DNA of 64,000 nucleotides, from NCBI GenBank assembly GCA_030704615.1, contig CM060732.1, positions 14,384,001 through 14,448,000 of the forward strand, read 5' to 3'. Within the stretch, counting starts at the first letter, position 1. Every line of letters starts with the position of its first letter. This DNA is from Takakia lepidozioides. Taxonomy: Eukaryota; Plantae; Bryophyta. The notes under the pieces are model-generated. The model did no database searches. It was not told the origin of the DNA and saw only the letters and a list, made by a program, of their open reading frames with translations. Both the position numbers and the translations under genes were made by a program. Of this stretch, positions 12,851-26,322 are shown one piece after another.

Positions 12851-15800
12851 TCAATGATTTCTGGAATCCCGGCGGAGGAGTTTGTGTAGCTCGTTCACGC
12901 TCAACGCTGGTGCATGAATAAAGTCATCAATAGTCAAGTTCATCCTCAACCTCTTCAGGTAAATGTAATACAGATGCTTGCACGGATAATACTTTGACCC
13001 CTTCTTTGCTTCCATCAACGAGAAGTCCGTACAATTGCAAGTCGGCTCCACTCCAATCGTAATTGTGTATACGTCGTCGCGTATAGCTGAGCCGGCCGTT
13101 GTCATCCGATAAACACGCCCAAGGCCGGGTGGGGGTACGTCCATGGAGCTCTGAATAGTGCAAGCCATCCCAAGAGCATTGGCAATCCGAGTCTCATTCA
13201 ACTTGTTGGGAGGGTGTCGTCTCTTCACTCTTCCGAATCGCATTGTGGGATGTGCAGAATTGTCCAATCCGTCTCTACTGGACGGAGCAGCCTGCAATGG
13301 CTGGGTCTGAGGAACTGGAAACGAGTGGGCCGGGACGTCTGTGCGTTGCACCATTCAAAATCATGCTGCAGAAAGAGCATCTGCCTCATTCTGAGAGAGG
13401 TTGCAACCCAGTGCAATAGGCCAGACTCCCGGAGGCTCCGACATTCCCTGAATCCCGTACTTGGGCTTGCCAAATACACAGGTCATTATGTCGTGCCTAC
13501 AGAACCAAAACGTCTGCATTGTGGCGTGAGAGAATGTGAGAATCAAAAATCTGCCACTGAAACAAGGTGCAGGTACAGCACCGTGTGGGTTCCTCCGAAT
13601 CATCTTACCACAACGTGCTCTCGTATCCACCCGGATGGCGCAGCACTTCCCTCGAAATGCCGGCAATGTCCTTGCTATTCTCCACTGTGACTCCGACACT
13701 CTTGTCTCCACAATGGGTATGTTGTACTGCGTTACTACAGATGGCTCGTTATGTTCCGCGGGCACGTGTCCTGTGCTCAAAGGAGATGGCGATCTTGAAC
13801 GTGCAGGACTTGCGGTGCTCGACGAGACCTCCTTGGGCAACATCATGGGACCACGAGGGAGCATGCAAATATTCTTGTCAGCTCGCCATGAATCCTCTTC
13901 TCCGCCAGGTGCCTCGTCAAGTCTTCGTCTCACTGGACGGGTGTGACCATCTCCTTCCAAGTGTTGGCCTCTTCGAAGCAATGGCGTGTCCCAAAGGCCC
14001 TCTCGCAAGGCTGCCGCCCACTTGCAAGGATTCTTCGATCTGGAGGCAGTCCGCATCAGCATTTCCTGCCTGTCCGGCCCCAAACCCCACTGTTTCCCTT
14101 TCAAGAACTCGTTGTACCTGCATTGCTGCATAATGGACCTGACAATGTCCTCCGTTGTGGCAGTGAGGATGTCCACCAGATGCGCCGTAGAGGAGGCACG
14201 CTAGGAAGAATGTACTAATTCGGCCATGTTTGTTGTCGGCATGTCGGTGTCGGAGTCTAGACACATTTCCTGCACATGCAGAGGTTACAAGCAAGTTACA
14301 AAGAACGAGTAGCATAATATTCAACGTGACGCGAATTCGTCCAACTCACCTCCCGCATATAGTCGCCGAACTGGAGGAAACGATAATGCCACCATGCTAG
14401 CCAACTGACCATTGCTCCCTTGTCTGATTTCTTTACAGCACCTAACGTTGTCCACCAAGCCCATATACATGCAAATTGTGTCTCTGCATCATCCAAGGTG
14501 GGAGCACGCTTCCACGCAAGACACATGGAACGGTGCTCCTCTCTGAAATCTGGCGCCACGAGCCGGGTTGTGTACTGCAACAAGCTCTGCAGAAAATGGA
14601 ACCCACAAGATCTCTCCTGGCCTTCCATCGGAACATTGGGGGCTTCCCCGTACACCCTTCGGATGGCAGCCCAATTTGCTTGTGCGTTGTCTGCCATGAA
14701 ACCACGGAAATTGGGAGGGGGCAATCCCGCCCTGGCCATCTGTTTGTTTATTTCCTGCCAAAGAAGCATCTCTGATTGTGTGTCCTCTCCTTTCATCTCA
14801 CAAATAGCAATTGTCATTAGCATCCTGCAGCGGGTGTCGTAGACATGTGCAGCCATTGTTACCCACTGGTGATTTGTAATTCGCTTGATATGGTCAAACA
14901 TGACCCAACTGTTTGACAAGTCCCCACTCGTCATCCGGTCGACCAGTTCGACGCCGCTGCCAGGCCCACATGTGGACATTTTGAATACGAAACAACGATC
15001 TGCCTCAGTCCCTTGTCCTGGAAACCTACTTCCATGAATGTAGTCATATCCACATTGTCGCTTCACCTCCAGAATGGAGTGCATATCCGAGCCACGCCCA
15101 ATTTTCTGTTTGCAGGAGACAATGTGGTTTCGGACATGCGGTGAATAGACGTGGGACACCGACTCCATCAATACCTCCATTTCCTTCTCATCGAGAGGAA
15201 CTCTGTCGGAGCCGTCTTCCGACATAATTCTGGCCAATGCCATCTTATGGGCGGCCTGCAGCTGTATCTGTTTGGGTTTGGCACCAGGTCTCAACCTAAC
15301 CTCCTTCTGAACGAGCTGCTCTGCCTCGTGGGCAGCCTCCCGCGAGTTCCCCCTCGCCAATTTGTGACAATGGGAACCAACGTGTATGCAAGCTCGTGTG
15401 AGGTCAGGGAAACGGTGCAACACATAGAACTGCTTGACATTACAAACATACATGCAATGTGGTGGTTCTTGGCAATGCGCACACTTAAATGTGGAGTTTG
15501 GAACCTTCTCCTGAGCTCGAAATGGTTGATGAGTTGTGCCTGTCCAATCCGTCTCGTTCCTGTGACCTCTGGATTTAAAGTGGAAGCAAGTTGGGGAGAA
15601 ACACCGCAACGCGCCCGCACAAACAATGTAGCGCACCCGCACACCATCGAGCATCTTCATGCTGGTGGTTTTGGTGACGCACCAAGGATGACCGTCATGT
15701 TTCCTATCCATATCTGTCAACATTCCGGACGCCCTCGAATAGTCCGTTCGAGGAAGAACTCAAAGAACATATTACCGTCGACGTCTACGGGAAGGCATGT

Positions 15801-16254
15801 AACGGATTTAATGGCGAACTTGCCGTAGTCCAGCCCAGGCAGCTCTGAGCGGTGTCCCTCCATGTGAAGCCCTCGCAGAATTTCAAGAATGGATCGAACT
15901 GCTGTGTTCGTGCTGGGAATATGACTCCCTAGTCCGTTGATGTCCATTGAGGACTTGCCTGATCTCCAGGATGATCTCGGAACTTCCATGATCTCGTCGG
16001 AGTCGGACAGGTTGTGAACAACTCGGTTCTCGCTCTTCATTGAATGGGTTCGGCTGTGGATTTACCTCGTTGCGGACTTCTCTCTTTGAGGTACCCACTC
16101 TCTGATTCGCTGATTGTTTCGTGGAAGGCGGCAGGATAGAAGGCACATTTGGGGGGCAAATGAAGTCCCCAACAGCCCTGTATATGACGCTGTCCGATGG
16201 TGGAACTCGCCATTCCCTGCCGTTGCCAAAATCATCGTGGAACACAACAATACT
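12851..16254 (-). pseudogene. MULE transposase B1 (GCM-like, DDE, SWIM), 5' end deleted; intron 14270-14349
   Basis: HDGHPWCVTKTTS, CAGALRC, CAHC, HVGSHCH; VMFDHIKR, FMADNAQAN, CGFHF; CNCTDF...YPCKH. GTGAGT...TGCAG intron; several stops and frameshifts. Confidence 0.9.
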
Positions 16255-16300
16255 TTGAAATTTAATTTTGCCCTCCCGCCCCAAGTTGGGCGATCCAAAC

Positions 16301-19300
16301 ATGCGATGAGTAGCGGCTTTTGGAGTGACTGCTCGACCTTTTGTTGGTGGATGGGAGGACCTGCAGCGAGAGTATGACAGAATAGGCATTGGGGAGGTTG
16401 GTGCAGGCGGCATGGCAGGTGAAGGGCATCGGATGAGGACAGCAGATCCGGCAATGGAGGATGTTGATGCACATGCAGTAGGGCCCGCCCATGCAAAGAA
16501 GAAGAAGAAAGCCAAGCAAATGCAATCCCCGGCGAGAGAGCCGTCACAGGCTGCGGAGGGGGGAGTGAGCAGGGCGCACGAGGGTGTCAGTTCGCCTCAA
16601 TCAAAGGTGGTCATCCTGGAGGGCTCCCCTGCTGCTACCCCTAGTGAGAAACAGAAAGCCCGTGAGAGGGCAAAAGAGAGGGCAAAAGAACAGGCGAGAC
16701 AGAAGGCTAGCCAGGAGGAAAGAGAAAAGGCCACTGAAGAGGCCAGGGGTGTCGAAATGACAGATGCCCATGTAAGTAAGGGACGCACAGAGATGGTGGA
16801 TCCCTCCAAGACACCACAAAGAGGCAGTAACACACCGGTTACACCATCGCGGGCAGGAGCAGCCCCTGCAATTACCCATACGGTGGAGACTGGAGGAGGG
16901 GAAAGAACACCACAAAGAGCACGGATTGTGCAAGTTCGAGGTGAAGCTGGGGAGAGGGCAGTAGAGATGGGGAGAGTGCTCGAGGTGGTTCCGGTGGTGG
17001 TTGACCATGTTGAGGACGACGAGAGGGAGCTTTCTAACCAAGATGACATCCTACCGGACATCCCCAGGCCCCAAACCCGGAGCATACAGGCTGGATTTGG
17101 CGGTCCGGGTGGGCTGCCGGAGAACCCCCCTGCAACAGACGTCATGTCGGAGGCGGATATGAAGTTGGCCGCTACCAAGATGTTGGAGGCAACCCACAAC
17201 AACATTGGCAGGGTCCTGGGGGGCATGGTGTACCCGGCCAAGCTTTGGATTCCCCTTTGCCGCTTGGTTTCATTGCAGGTGGTCAGACCTACCCTCCCAT
17301 GTGATATCGACAAGCTGAAATTCTCTTTCCAGGAGGGATATCGAATGGGGTCTGCCGCGTTTTACGTTTCCATGGAGAACGACCACGGAGCTTCTTGTGC
17401 CCACACTTCCGATGAGGTGGACAAATGGGGTCCCCATTGGCAAAGGCGAAATGAGGAGTTCGAGAGATTGATTGCTACTGATCCTCTTTTCCAGCACTTG
17501 TCCGGAAAGATGTTTTACATGTGGGACGGCAATCATCGCCTCTTGGCATGGATGGAGTACGTAGCCCAAGCCCACCCCAACGACCTGGATTGGCATTTTG
17601 CTGTGGAGTGTGTTGTGCTGAAGATTGCAGTCTTCTCAAAGCGGCAATGGCAGACATCAACTCGTAAGTTACAATGCTTCTTGCTTTGGAACTTTGAATT
17701 TGAAACAGACATTTCAATGCCAATCGTCATATTTGTTACAAATTCTCATTTCTGTACTGTTTAATGGAAATGTGGCATTGCAGGGTGACTGAGAATGCCT
17801 TCATTGCCACCAACTTGTCCCATATGCTCTTCCGAGTGAAGGATGTTGGGAAGCAGGGGGTGCAAGAGTTTGCCAATTCGCTCAGTGCCGACCTCCTGCG
17901 CAAGTCGGAGGCAAAGGCAGACAGAACCTGGTATAGGCTGAGCATGGACACCATGGTGGACTACATATTTCGGGTAAAGCTCCTCACTGTTTTGTTGAGC
18001 TAATCTGTCTCTCCTCCCCCAATAGAAAAAAAAGTGTTGAGCAAGATCTCTAATCTTATGTGCGCATTCTTGACAGACAAAAATTCAGCAGGATTTGGCA
18101 CATGCGTGGAGGTTCTGCATGTAGTCAGAGGAGAAGAAACTAACTCTTCCGGCACTGGAATTGTATCTGAAAGCTGCGGAGGCGAAGGCCCGCATCAAGT
18201 ACAAGTCGCGGATGGTAAAGTACGTGGCCATAGCTGATCCCGCCCTTGGTGCCGATTTTTTAGTGGAGGTGGGGAAGCACTACTCCCGCACTCTGAAGCC
18301 CACAATGACATTGGAGAAGCTGCATCGACTAGCCACATCATGTGTGGATGCAACAGAAAAGGTTATACATTCTTAACCAAATTGTCGTGGCAGCAATTCG
18401 TTTTTGTGGTGTTTGGCGCTTACTTATATGCTGGGTGGTTGGACAGACCCACTGGCTCCAAATCTGGAATGGTTCCCAAAGTACAAGGGACATGTGGAGC
18501 TTCCCCAAACCCGACAAACTGTCCGACCCCACATTCGACATGTGGATGAACTGCATGACATGGTGGTTTCGGGTACTTTCCCACGCTTCATTTGGGGCGT
18601 CTACTCTTGTATCGGATGGATTTATTGTATTTTTTGAGGAAAATGGTCTGATGGAGAATCTCCACAGGTGACGACGAATGCGCAATAGCAGCTTGACACA
18701 TAAGCACATCAGTTCAAGCTGGAGATTTCTGGTGAAGCTGAGAGCCTACGCGACTATGTGACGAGGTACTTTCTGCTCTACAAAATCGACCTATTCTTTC
18801 GAGAGATACCCCATGCCCGCCAAAGCCACGAGTTCACTGACCAGCCGAACCCGGACAAAGCGGCAATGCGCCTTCTGTACAAGTACAAACGTTGTGCCTT
18901 TCTTTTTAGTCCTAACATTTCCAGGATGTAAGAGGCCCTATGTGGCGCATGAAAATTAGTTGTGGTCCTAGGAAAAATGGCGCCGAATTTCCGAATTCGG
19001 GCCCTCGGGGATGGCTGTCCAGGGGGTGCCTGGCACTCAGTCCGGAAATTCGGCGCCATTTTTCCAGTTGCAGGCCCAGTCAGATCTGGGACTTACCCAT
19101 TCTCGGCTCCAACCTGGGAAAAAAATGGCGCCAAATTTCCAGTTTAGGGCCCCGAAAATGGCTAGGTCCCTTGGGAGGCTGGCACCGAATCCGGAAATTC
19201 GGCGCCATTTTTCCAGTTCCGGGCCCAGTGAGTTCTGGGACTTAGCCATTTTCGGGCCCAACCTGGGAAAATGGCGCCGAATATCCAGTGCAGGGCCCCG

Positions 19301-21098
19301 AAAATGGCTAAGTCCCTACAGTGGCAGGCACCGAAACCGGAAATTCGGCGCCATTTTTCCAGTTTCGGGCCCAGTCAGTTCTGGGACTTAGCCATTTTCG
19401 GGCCCAACCTGGGAAAATGGCACCGAATATCCAGTGCAGGGCCCCAAAAATGGCTAAGTCCCTACAATGGCAGGCACCGGAACCAGAAATTCGGCGCCAT
19501 TTTTCCAGTTCCGGGCCCAGTGAGTTCTGGGACTTAGCCATTTTCGGGCCCAACCTGGGAAAATGGCGCCGAATATCCAGTGCAGGGCCCCCGAAAATGG
19601 CTAAGTCCCTACAGTGGCAGACACCGAAACCGGAAATTCGGCGCCATTTTTCCAGTTCCGGGCCCAGTGAGTTCTGGGACTTAGGCATATTCGGCCCCAA
19701 CCTGGGAAAATGGCACCGGTTTTCCAGTGCAGGACCCCTAGTGTGGCAGGCACCGAAACCGGAATTTCCAGTTCCGGACCTAGTCATTTTCATTCCCTAA
19801 AATTTACCTCGTTCCTGGGACCTCATTCTGTGTGTTTCTTGAATGCAGGTACTGCAAGTTCTCCCTTTTGGAGAAAGGACATCTGTCCTTCGAGCCGCCA
19901 TTTTTCCTCGCATGGAGGAACCCTGGGGTTGACTCCATGTACACTGACGTCATCATGAAGGAGTGGCATCTGGAACATTTGCGCGACTGCCCTTGGTATG
20001 TGGACCTTCCGCCCGGCTCGCTCGACCCATCCAAGTTTCAATTGAAGCTGGATGCTGAGGCTCGACGAAACCGGGCTCCGCTGCCTCCGCTGGGTCCAAA
20101 AGAGGCGAGAGCGCTTGCCCAGTCCAGGAAAGTGGCAGAGCTTGCTCAGGCAGGTATTCAAGAGAAATTGAATGAGAAGAATAAAGGACAAAAGAAAAGG
20201 ACACGGAACATGGGAGTACAGTAACCCCCAAAAAACAGAAAACCACCGGGGCACCAGAGGAGGCGCAGGAGGGGCCCCAAGGGAGTGACTCCGATGACAA
20301 CTTTGTGCAAGGTCCTGCGACTGCTGCTGCTGCTGCTACCAAGTCACCAGTCGTCCGGGTTCCCAAGTCAGTTCGGTCTGGGACTAGTTCTGCTAAGAAG
20401 TTGGCATTTGAGGGCGAGCCTACACGGCGGTGCGGTGACGTTTCCGAGGAGGCCAAAGCTAGAACCCCCAACCATCATCCAACGTGTCAATGAGAGCTTC
20501 CTTGACGCTTTGGCTGCCAGGGCAAAGAAGGTGGCACACAGCAAGTCTGTGGAGGAGCAGAAGGGGAAAGCCAAGAAGAGGGCTCCCAGTACAGAGCCTA
20601 AAGACACCCCTGGTTTTGAATCCATGATGGAATTCTTCACGGCTGTGAGCACGGATTGCAAGAGCACTCGGGGTGGGGTTGAGGTGGAGAGAGCCTGCGA
20701 TATGATTCTCCTCGATATTCCAGATGGGGAGCTGCTGGAGGGCCTGGATGGTGTGCCCACCTAGAACAGGTTTACTGAGGACTACTGGAGAGCCGGGTTT
20801 GGGCTGGCAGGGATGCTCCTGGATGACGGTGGATGTATGGTGGTCCTTGCCACAAGAGAGAAGACCAAAGACTGTTGTTGTGGCAAGGTGGACACCAAAA
20901 AGTGTCACCCCGGTCCTCCTCAAAAAATGGTTCTGCATCAATACGCAGGGGTTGCGAACAGAGGGCCAGAGTGTAAGTTATCAATCTATTGCATTCACTT
21001 CATATTGTGGTGTATCTGAACTAGACCCTGGAGTTGATCCCTCTTTTGTTGGATGTGCAGACATTGGTGTTTGAGGCATATTGTTTTGTGAAGAGAGG
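16301..21098 (+). pseudogene. ParB/Srx-like domain + beta-class amino-methyltransferase fusion gene, copy B1 (3'-truncated). Predicted introns 17664-17783, 17974-18076, 18362-18446, 18573-18667, about 18884-19848, 20973-21060
   Basis: IPLCRLVSLQVVRP...IDKLKFSF...FYMWDGNHRLLAW; ACDMILLDIPDG...LLDDGGCMVVL. GT-AG junctions join the ORF fragments and lie at the same positions in B2. Confidence 0.8.
18970..19780. repeat. Intronic tandem array, 146-149-bp unit, about 5 copies, each with two opposed GGCGCC motifs and an inverted GGGACTTAGCCATTTTCGGG pair
   Basis: RGAAATTCGGCGCCATTTTTCC starts at 19044, 19193, 19339, 19485 and 19632. Confidence 0.9.
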
Positions 21099-21561
21099 TG
21101 GCACTATCCGTCATCTGCCACGTCAGCATTAACATGCGCCGCCTATAACCGAGGATGGTCCTATGACCGTGGAATTAATGCAGGGAATCTTGCCTAAATA
21201 GAATCAAGACTACCATGAGGCCTATAATTGTAGCATCCAACATTGTGCAATTACAAATGCTTGTTTCACTTTTACAATTATGAGGACGAGAAAATATCCT
21301 CACAAAGTGTGTGCCATAGAGGCTGCCACGGGAAGACCTTCCTCCCTCCTCAAATAACAATGAGAGTTAGGATCATTTTCAAAAGATGATTGTAGTAGAC
21401 ATGCAGACTTCGAACGGTGCAATGACAAATGTGCTTTTAAAAGTTGCCACTCAGAGCTCACTCCGTATAGTTGGAGGCCATATCATTGCACTGCCGACGA
21501 ATTGATGTGAATTACACATTTCAAATCATGGTCGTCCACATACCACATTGCATAGTTGATG

Positions 21562-24500
21562 CTACCCATGTGTTGTATCCCGCTGCAATAGAGTATCGAC
21601 CTCGTTGAAACTCATAGTGGCCTGGTGAATGAAGTTGTCACGTTTGGGATCGCAAACCATCCTCTTCAAAAATATGAAATGCAAATGTTTGCAGGGTATG
21701 AATTTACCTCTCTTGCCCAAACTGGTTGATAGCATATTCACAAAATCAGGACATGTGCAATTGGGGAAATTGGAAACCGTGATGTCGTAGGTCCTGTCAT
21801 GAACAGCAGATGTGGAAGTGATGATTGTGAATACCCGACCATATCCTGGATCGGGTACTTCCGTGGTGCTTCCAACACAAGTTTGGAGCATTCTTGCGGA
21901 CTCCACTTTGCCAAAGTGTTCAATGGTTGGAGGGAAACGCCGAACGAGCTTTCCATCTCGTTTGGTTGGCCACAAGTCAGGATTTGCCGGGGGGACCCGG
22001 GAGGACGCAAAAGTAGTAGCACATGCATGGAGTTGGGGTTGTCTCGCAAGGGAAAAGCCTGCCTCCTCCAGCATTTCAATCTCCTGAAATCTGAGATGTG
22101 TTCCCACCTTCACGGGCCAAACGGTTGGAGGAGATGGCTTCATCACTACGGAAGGACGCACAGTTCCATGCACACATCTGGCACAATCATTTGCGCAGAA
22201 CCAGAACTTGTGGTTCTTGGCTTCTGGTTGACCGTATGGACACATCAAACCCGTGAAAGTCGGAGCAGGAGTTCGGGCACCACCTCTGGATATAGATGAA
22301 GTGCACTTCTCAAAATTAGTTGCCCTGATCGCTGTATATTTCACATGAGACCCTACACTTGTGTGTTCTATGTGCCAAACGTGGTCGGGGCATGCGGACT
22401 CAAGCACATCAAGGGGGTTGTTTCTCTCCTGCACCATTTCAGTGGCACTGTTTGATGCTGGAGCTTGCCGTCGTGTTGGAGGTTCCTCCACAATGGAGGT
22501 TCCGGACATGGAGTTGTCATGCAGAGGAACACGAGGCTTCGAGAAGTTATCACGGTCTGCCTTGTGCGAATCGGAATCCGAACCAGGTGGAGTGTTCGAT
22601 TTCCTCTTACAGGAGCCGAATCTCTCCTCCCCTTCAAGATGTGGAACTCTAGAAACAAGTGGCGTTCCCTGGGCATACATGCTCACCGCCCATGCTATCT
22701 TGATTGGATCCCCAGATCTGTTTGCAGCACGCAACATCAACTCCCATTTGTCCGGACCCTTGCCACCAACCCCACCTCGCAAGAAATCACGGTATCGGGT
22801 TTGTTGTTGCAAGGCACGTATCAAATCATCTGTTGTTGCCACATACAAATCCCGACCTTGTTTCCCAGACTGCTGCAACCATGCGTTGTGCACAGTTTCT
22901 GCCAAACTGCAAGATGGCATGTCCGCCATTTCCTCAATGGACATGTTCTGCAAAGTGGAGAACCACACTTCAAAACAGTGAACAGAAAACAACATAAAGA
23001 AAGCGAGGACACAATAAAATGGAAAGTAAATGTATGAATAAAGCAAGAAATATAAGCCTCGTACCACTGGCATGGCTGCTCCCCACTGTCTATACCGGAA
23101 GTGCCAAAACGCCAGCCAACCTTCCAATGCTCTCATACTCTCAAGTGATGCAGCTCCAGAAGAGAACCACCAGGCACGAATTGTCTGGAACAAAGTGTCC
23201 GCCTCCTTCATTGTTCTAGCATCTTTGTACTCTTTGCACAATTTACGGTGCTGAGTCTGCATCTCTGGTTTGATGTCCGACTTTGTATGTTTTTCCAGAG
23301 ATTGTGTCCAATGGAATAGACATGTACGCTCTCTTCCTCGCATTGGCACTTTTGGGTCGCCCAATCCGAAGACAATACGAACAGCATTGAAATTTGCTTG
23401 AGCACTATCGCCATGAAACCTGCGAAATTTGGAGATGGCAGCCCATGACACGTATCAGGGAATTCCACATGAGCTTATGGGATTCCGTATCCTCGGATTG
23501 CATGTCACAAACTGCAATTGTCATAACTCGTTGGTACACTGGATCGTAGACATAACAAGCCATTGTCGTCCAATCCTTCACTCGTTTCACATGATCAAAC
23601 ATAAGAAAACAGTTTTGCAAGTCCCCAGTCTTCTGCATCCGCTTCACGAGGCTAACCCCACTGCCCTCCCCAACAGTCAACATTTTGAAAAGAAAAACTT
23701 TGATGACACCTTGACCTGGGAATACATTGTCCTGGATGTAATCGTACTTGCTCACTCGTTTCAACTCCAAAATGTTGTCTATGTAGCCTCTGATACCAAA
23801 GCCCATTCTTAATGCATTGATCTGATGCCGAATGTTAGGTGAACTCAAAGTGGAGAAATGATCCATGACCAGGTCCAATGCTGCACCGTCAAGTTTAGTC
23901 CCCACAGAATCCCCTTCACTCAAAATATGGCTTTCCAAGAAGGACTTGCTTGCGCCAAGAGCAATTGCAGATGTTGTTGCGGATGGGTTTCTCCCGAACT
24001 CCTGTTTAATCAACCTCGATACTGTCTCAAAACTCTCCCTGTAATCCCCCTTCGAGACAGGATGGTTATGGAATCCAAAATGCACACAAGCTCTTGTCAT
24101 TGTTTTCAAATGGTGGACAACATAGTACATTCTTGCTCCGCAGAGCGCCAAGCAGGATGGCACAAGTTTGCAGAATTTGCAGACAAAAGTGTTTGCCGGT
24201 GGTGGGGCAGTCCCAGGCTGAAATGGATTTTCGGCCAAACCCTCCCATTCGCTTTGATTATGAACCCCAGACTAAAGAAAGTGCCTGCAAGTCAAATTAT
24301 CACACCTAAGGTGTCCATTGCAAACTGTTATCCTGAAAACAAGCTTGTCATCATTCTGAATATTGGATGTTTTTGTTCTGCACCACGGGTGTCTGTCGTG
24401 TTTCTTGTCCATTCCATGCATCATGATTGTTACACCTCCAACTCGCGGAGGAGGAGGCAGCTCGAATATGATATCACCATCAAAAGTCTCTGGCAAGAAC

Positions 24501-25066
24501 TTCACAGGCACCTGCTTCAAAGATTCCCAATCAATTCCTCGCAACTCACTTTTGAATCCAGCCATTCCTCCCATCGCCCGTAATTTTGGAATGACACTAC
24601 AAATCTCTTCTTCATCAGCTTCTCCAACCACAGTAGGAAGGACTGGATTTGGAATTTCACTTATGTCATCATCGGACAAATCCGAAAGCTCAACGATTGG
24701 AGTGGAGGACGTCTGTTCTTTTTTCACCACCACCTCCCTCTTGTCTTCAACGACCGAAGCAGCAGTCCCGGGCATCACATATGACCCAAGGGACTTTCGC
24801 CAAGGCTCTCCAAGTACTCTGTATCGACCAGGGTGCACTCTCCACTGGCTGACATGAGCCGTCTCATCACGGTTTTGGAAAGAGTATTTCAACAACTTCC
24901 CTTTCAAATCATACACCTCTTTCTCCAAAAAGATGGAGCCATTCTGAAGCTGAAAACAAGTAGCCAAGACATGTTCCAGAACAATTGCAAATCCATTGTC
25001 AAGGACTTCATGGGAGAACGGCACTGGTTTGTCGTCAGAGAAGAACTCCGCTTCAGAGGAAGCCAT
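21562..25066 (-). pseudogene. MULE transposase A2 (GCM-like, DDE, SWIM); intron 22948-23064, stop at 24272, frameshift near 23430
   Basis: MASSEAEF start; HDRHPWCRTKTSN, CNGHLRC, CKFC, HFGFHNHP; LMFDHVKR, DSAQAN, CLFHW, SLAETVH; CTCPDF...PCKH. Clear homologue of A1. Confidence 0.9.
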
Positions 25067-25593
25067 CTTCCTTCCTCGCGTACGTTGATACCTTGCTATC
25101 GCAGACCTTCAGTGTAAATCGGTTTACTGATGTCTCCAAAACACAGTTGAAGAATGAGTAGAGAATATGGCGGAGGAAGCTCAGACGACGACTGTGCATA
25201 TTCTGTTATTCCTTCCAGATATGTAGCCGTCCATTTTAATTACTTTTCTTGTGGGCCCAGTGGTCAGAGTATCCCTAGGAGCAATGTCGGCAGCTGTTAA
25301 ACCGTTAATCAGAACCTCATCAATAAACACAATAACAAGCCGACTTCCTGGAAGCATGCCACAGGATCTGAGGGTGGGATTGCAGATTAAGTAAATGTAT
25401 CTTTATACTACTACCAATGATCATGCGCACCTGGAAAGTTAAAAATGTGAAACGAACGTGGGGTTGGCTAACAAGGATGACCGTGTATGATATCCCAAAA
25501 TTTGTCATCAAACTCTTGTTCATTTACATATATTTGTCTAAAACTGTGCGCCAAGATTTTTGGGATTCGTTGTTATTTTGAAATATTGAAACC

Positions 25594-26322
25594 TGTCGCA
25601 CACCTCACTTCGGTAAACTCCCCTTCAAGTCATAGTTACTCGCTTTGATGCGCGCGCCTGACTCCCAACCTGGCCGCCCGGGCCAACTTGGAGCTTCGGC
25701 TGCTCACCGGGACATAACGGTCCCCTTTTTAGCTTCCCTCTAAAACCCTCCACCTAATTGGGACTAGGAGAATTCCCTTTGGTAGATGGCAGTCCGGAAC
25801 AGCTCCCCACTCTTTGGTCGCTTTCCGGCTCGCTCGCTTACTCACTAGCTTTTGGTCACCAACGGGCTTGCACCGTTCTCGGGGTTACTACTCCCTATAT
25901 ATACTTCTGTAGATGTCCGCGGGGGTTTCACAACCAGCCATGCCATTTTATGGCGAACCACCACGAAGACCCTCGATTCCCGGTGGTGAGTCGCGGTGAG
26001 TCTTGGCCCGCTCACCACGGCCCCTATGGACCGTGATGAGTCCCAAGACTCCCCACGACTCCCACCACGAGGTCTCCACCCCCATGGTGAGTCCTATGCC
26101 ACCCCCACTAAGTCCCACTAAGCTACCACCACCCCTTGTGGAGCCACCCCCACCGCAACCCGGTGTGCGGGGCTCTACCTAGTGAGCGCCTCCGCCTCCT
26201 TGAGTGCCTTGGGCACTCAAGAGTGCTTCAGCCCCCGTACCTATCGCTGCTACTGCCCCCACCACAGGGGCAGCCCCTCTTGTGTCCCGACCTCCCTGCC
26301 CTCAAGGCAAAGGGCCGCGACA
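25594..26322 (-). mobile_element. Solo LTR, 729 bp, termini TGTCGC...GCGACA, 5-bp TSD AAACC
   Basis: AAACC at 25589-25593 and 26323-26327. Same sequence at 46461-47137, 47944-48350 and 57390-58110. Orientation taken from the PPT-like side in those copies. Confidence 0.93.

Larger units (their letters stand above)
11999..21098 (-). mobile_element. MULE family B copy 1 (transposase + ParB-MTase gene), inverted relative to copy B2; lacks the central 2.9 kb and is truncated at 21098
   Basis: Starts GAGGTTAGCTATTTCATGAGCATGAGCGG, matching the reverse complement of the 41090 end. Colinear with B2. Similarity to B2/B3 stops after ...GTGAAGAGAGG at 21098. Confidence 0.9.

Noticed and set aside
18940-19800. 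Overlapping short ORFs in the GGCGCC arrays (also 30940-31814 and 35210-36916)
   Set aside because: They are translations of stop-poor tandem repeats in intronic or intergenic DNA, with no protein motifs.
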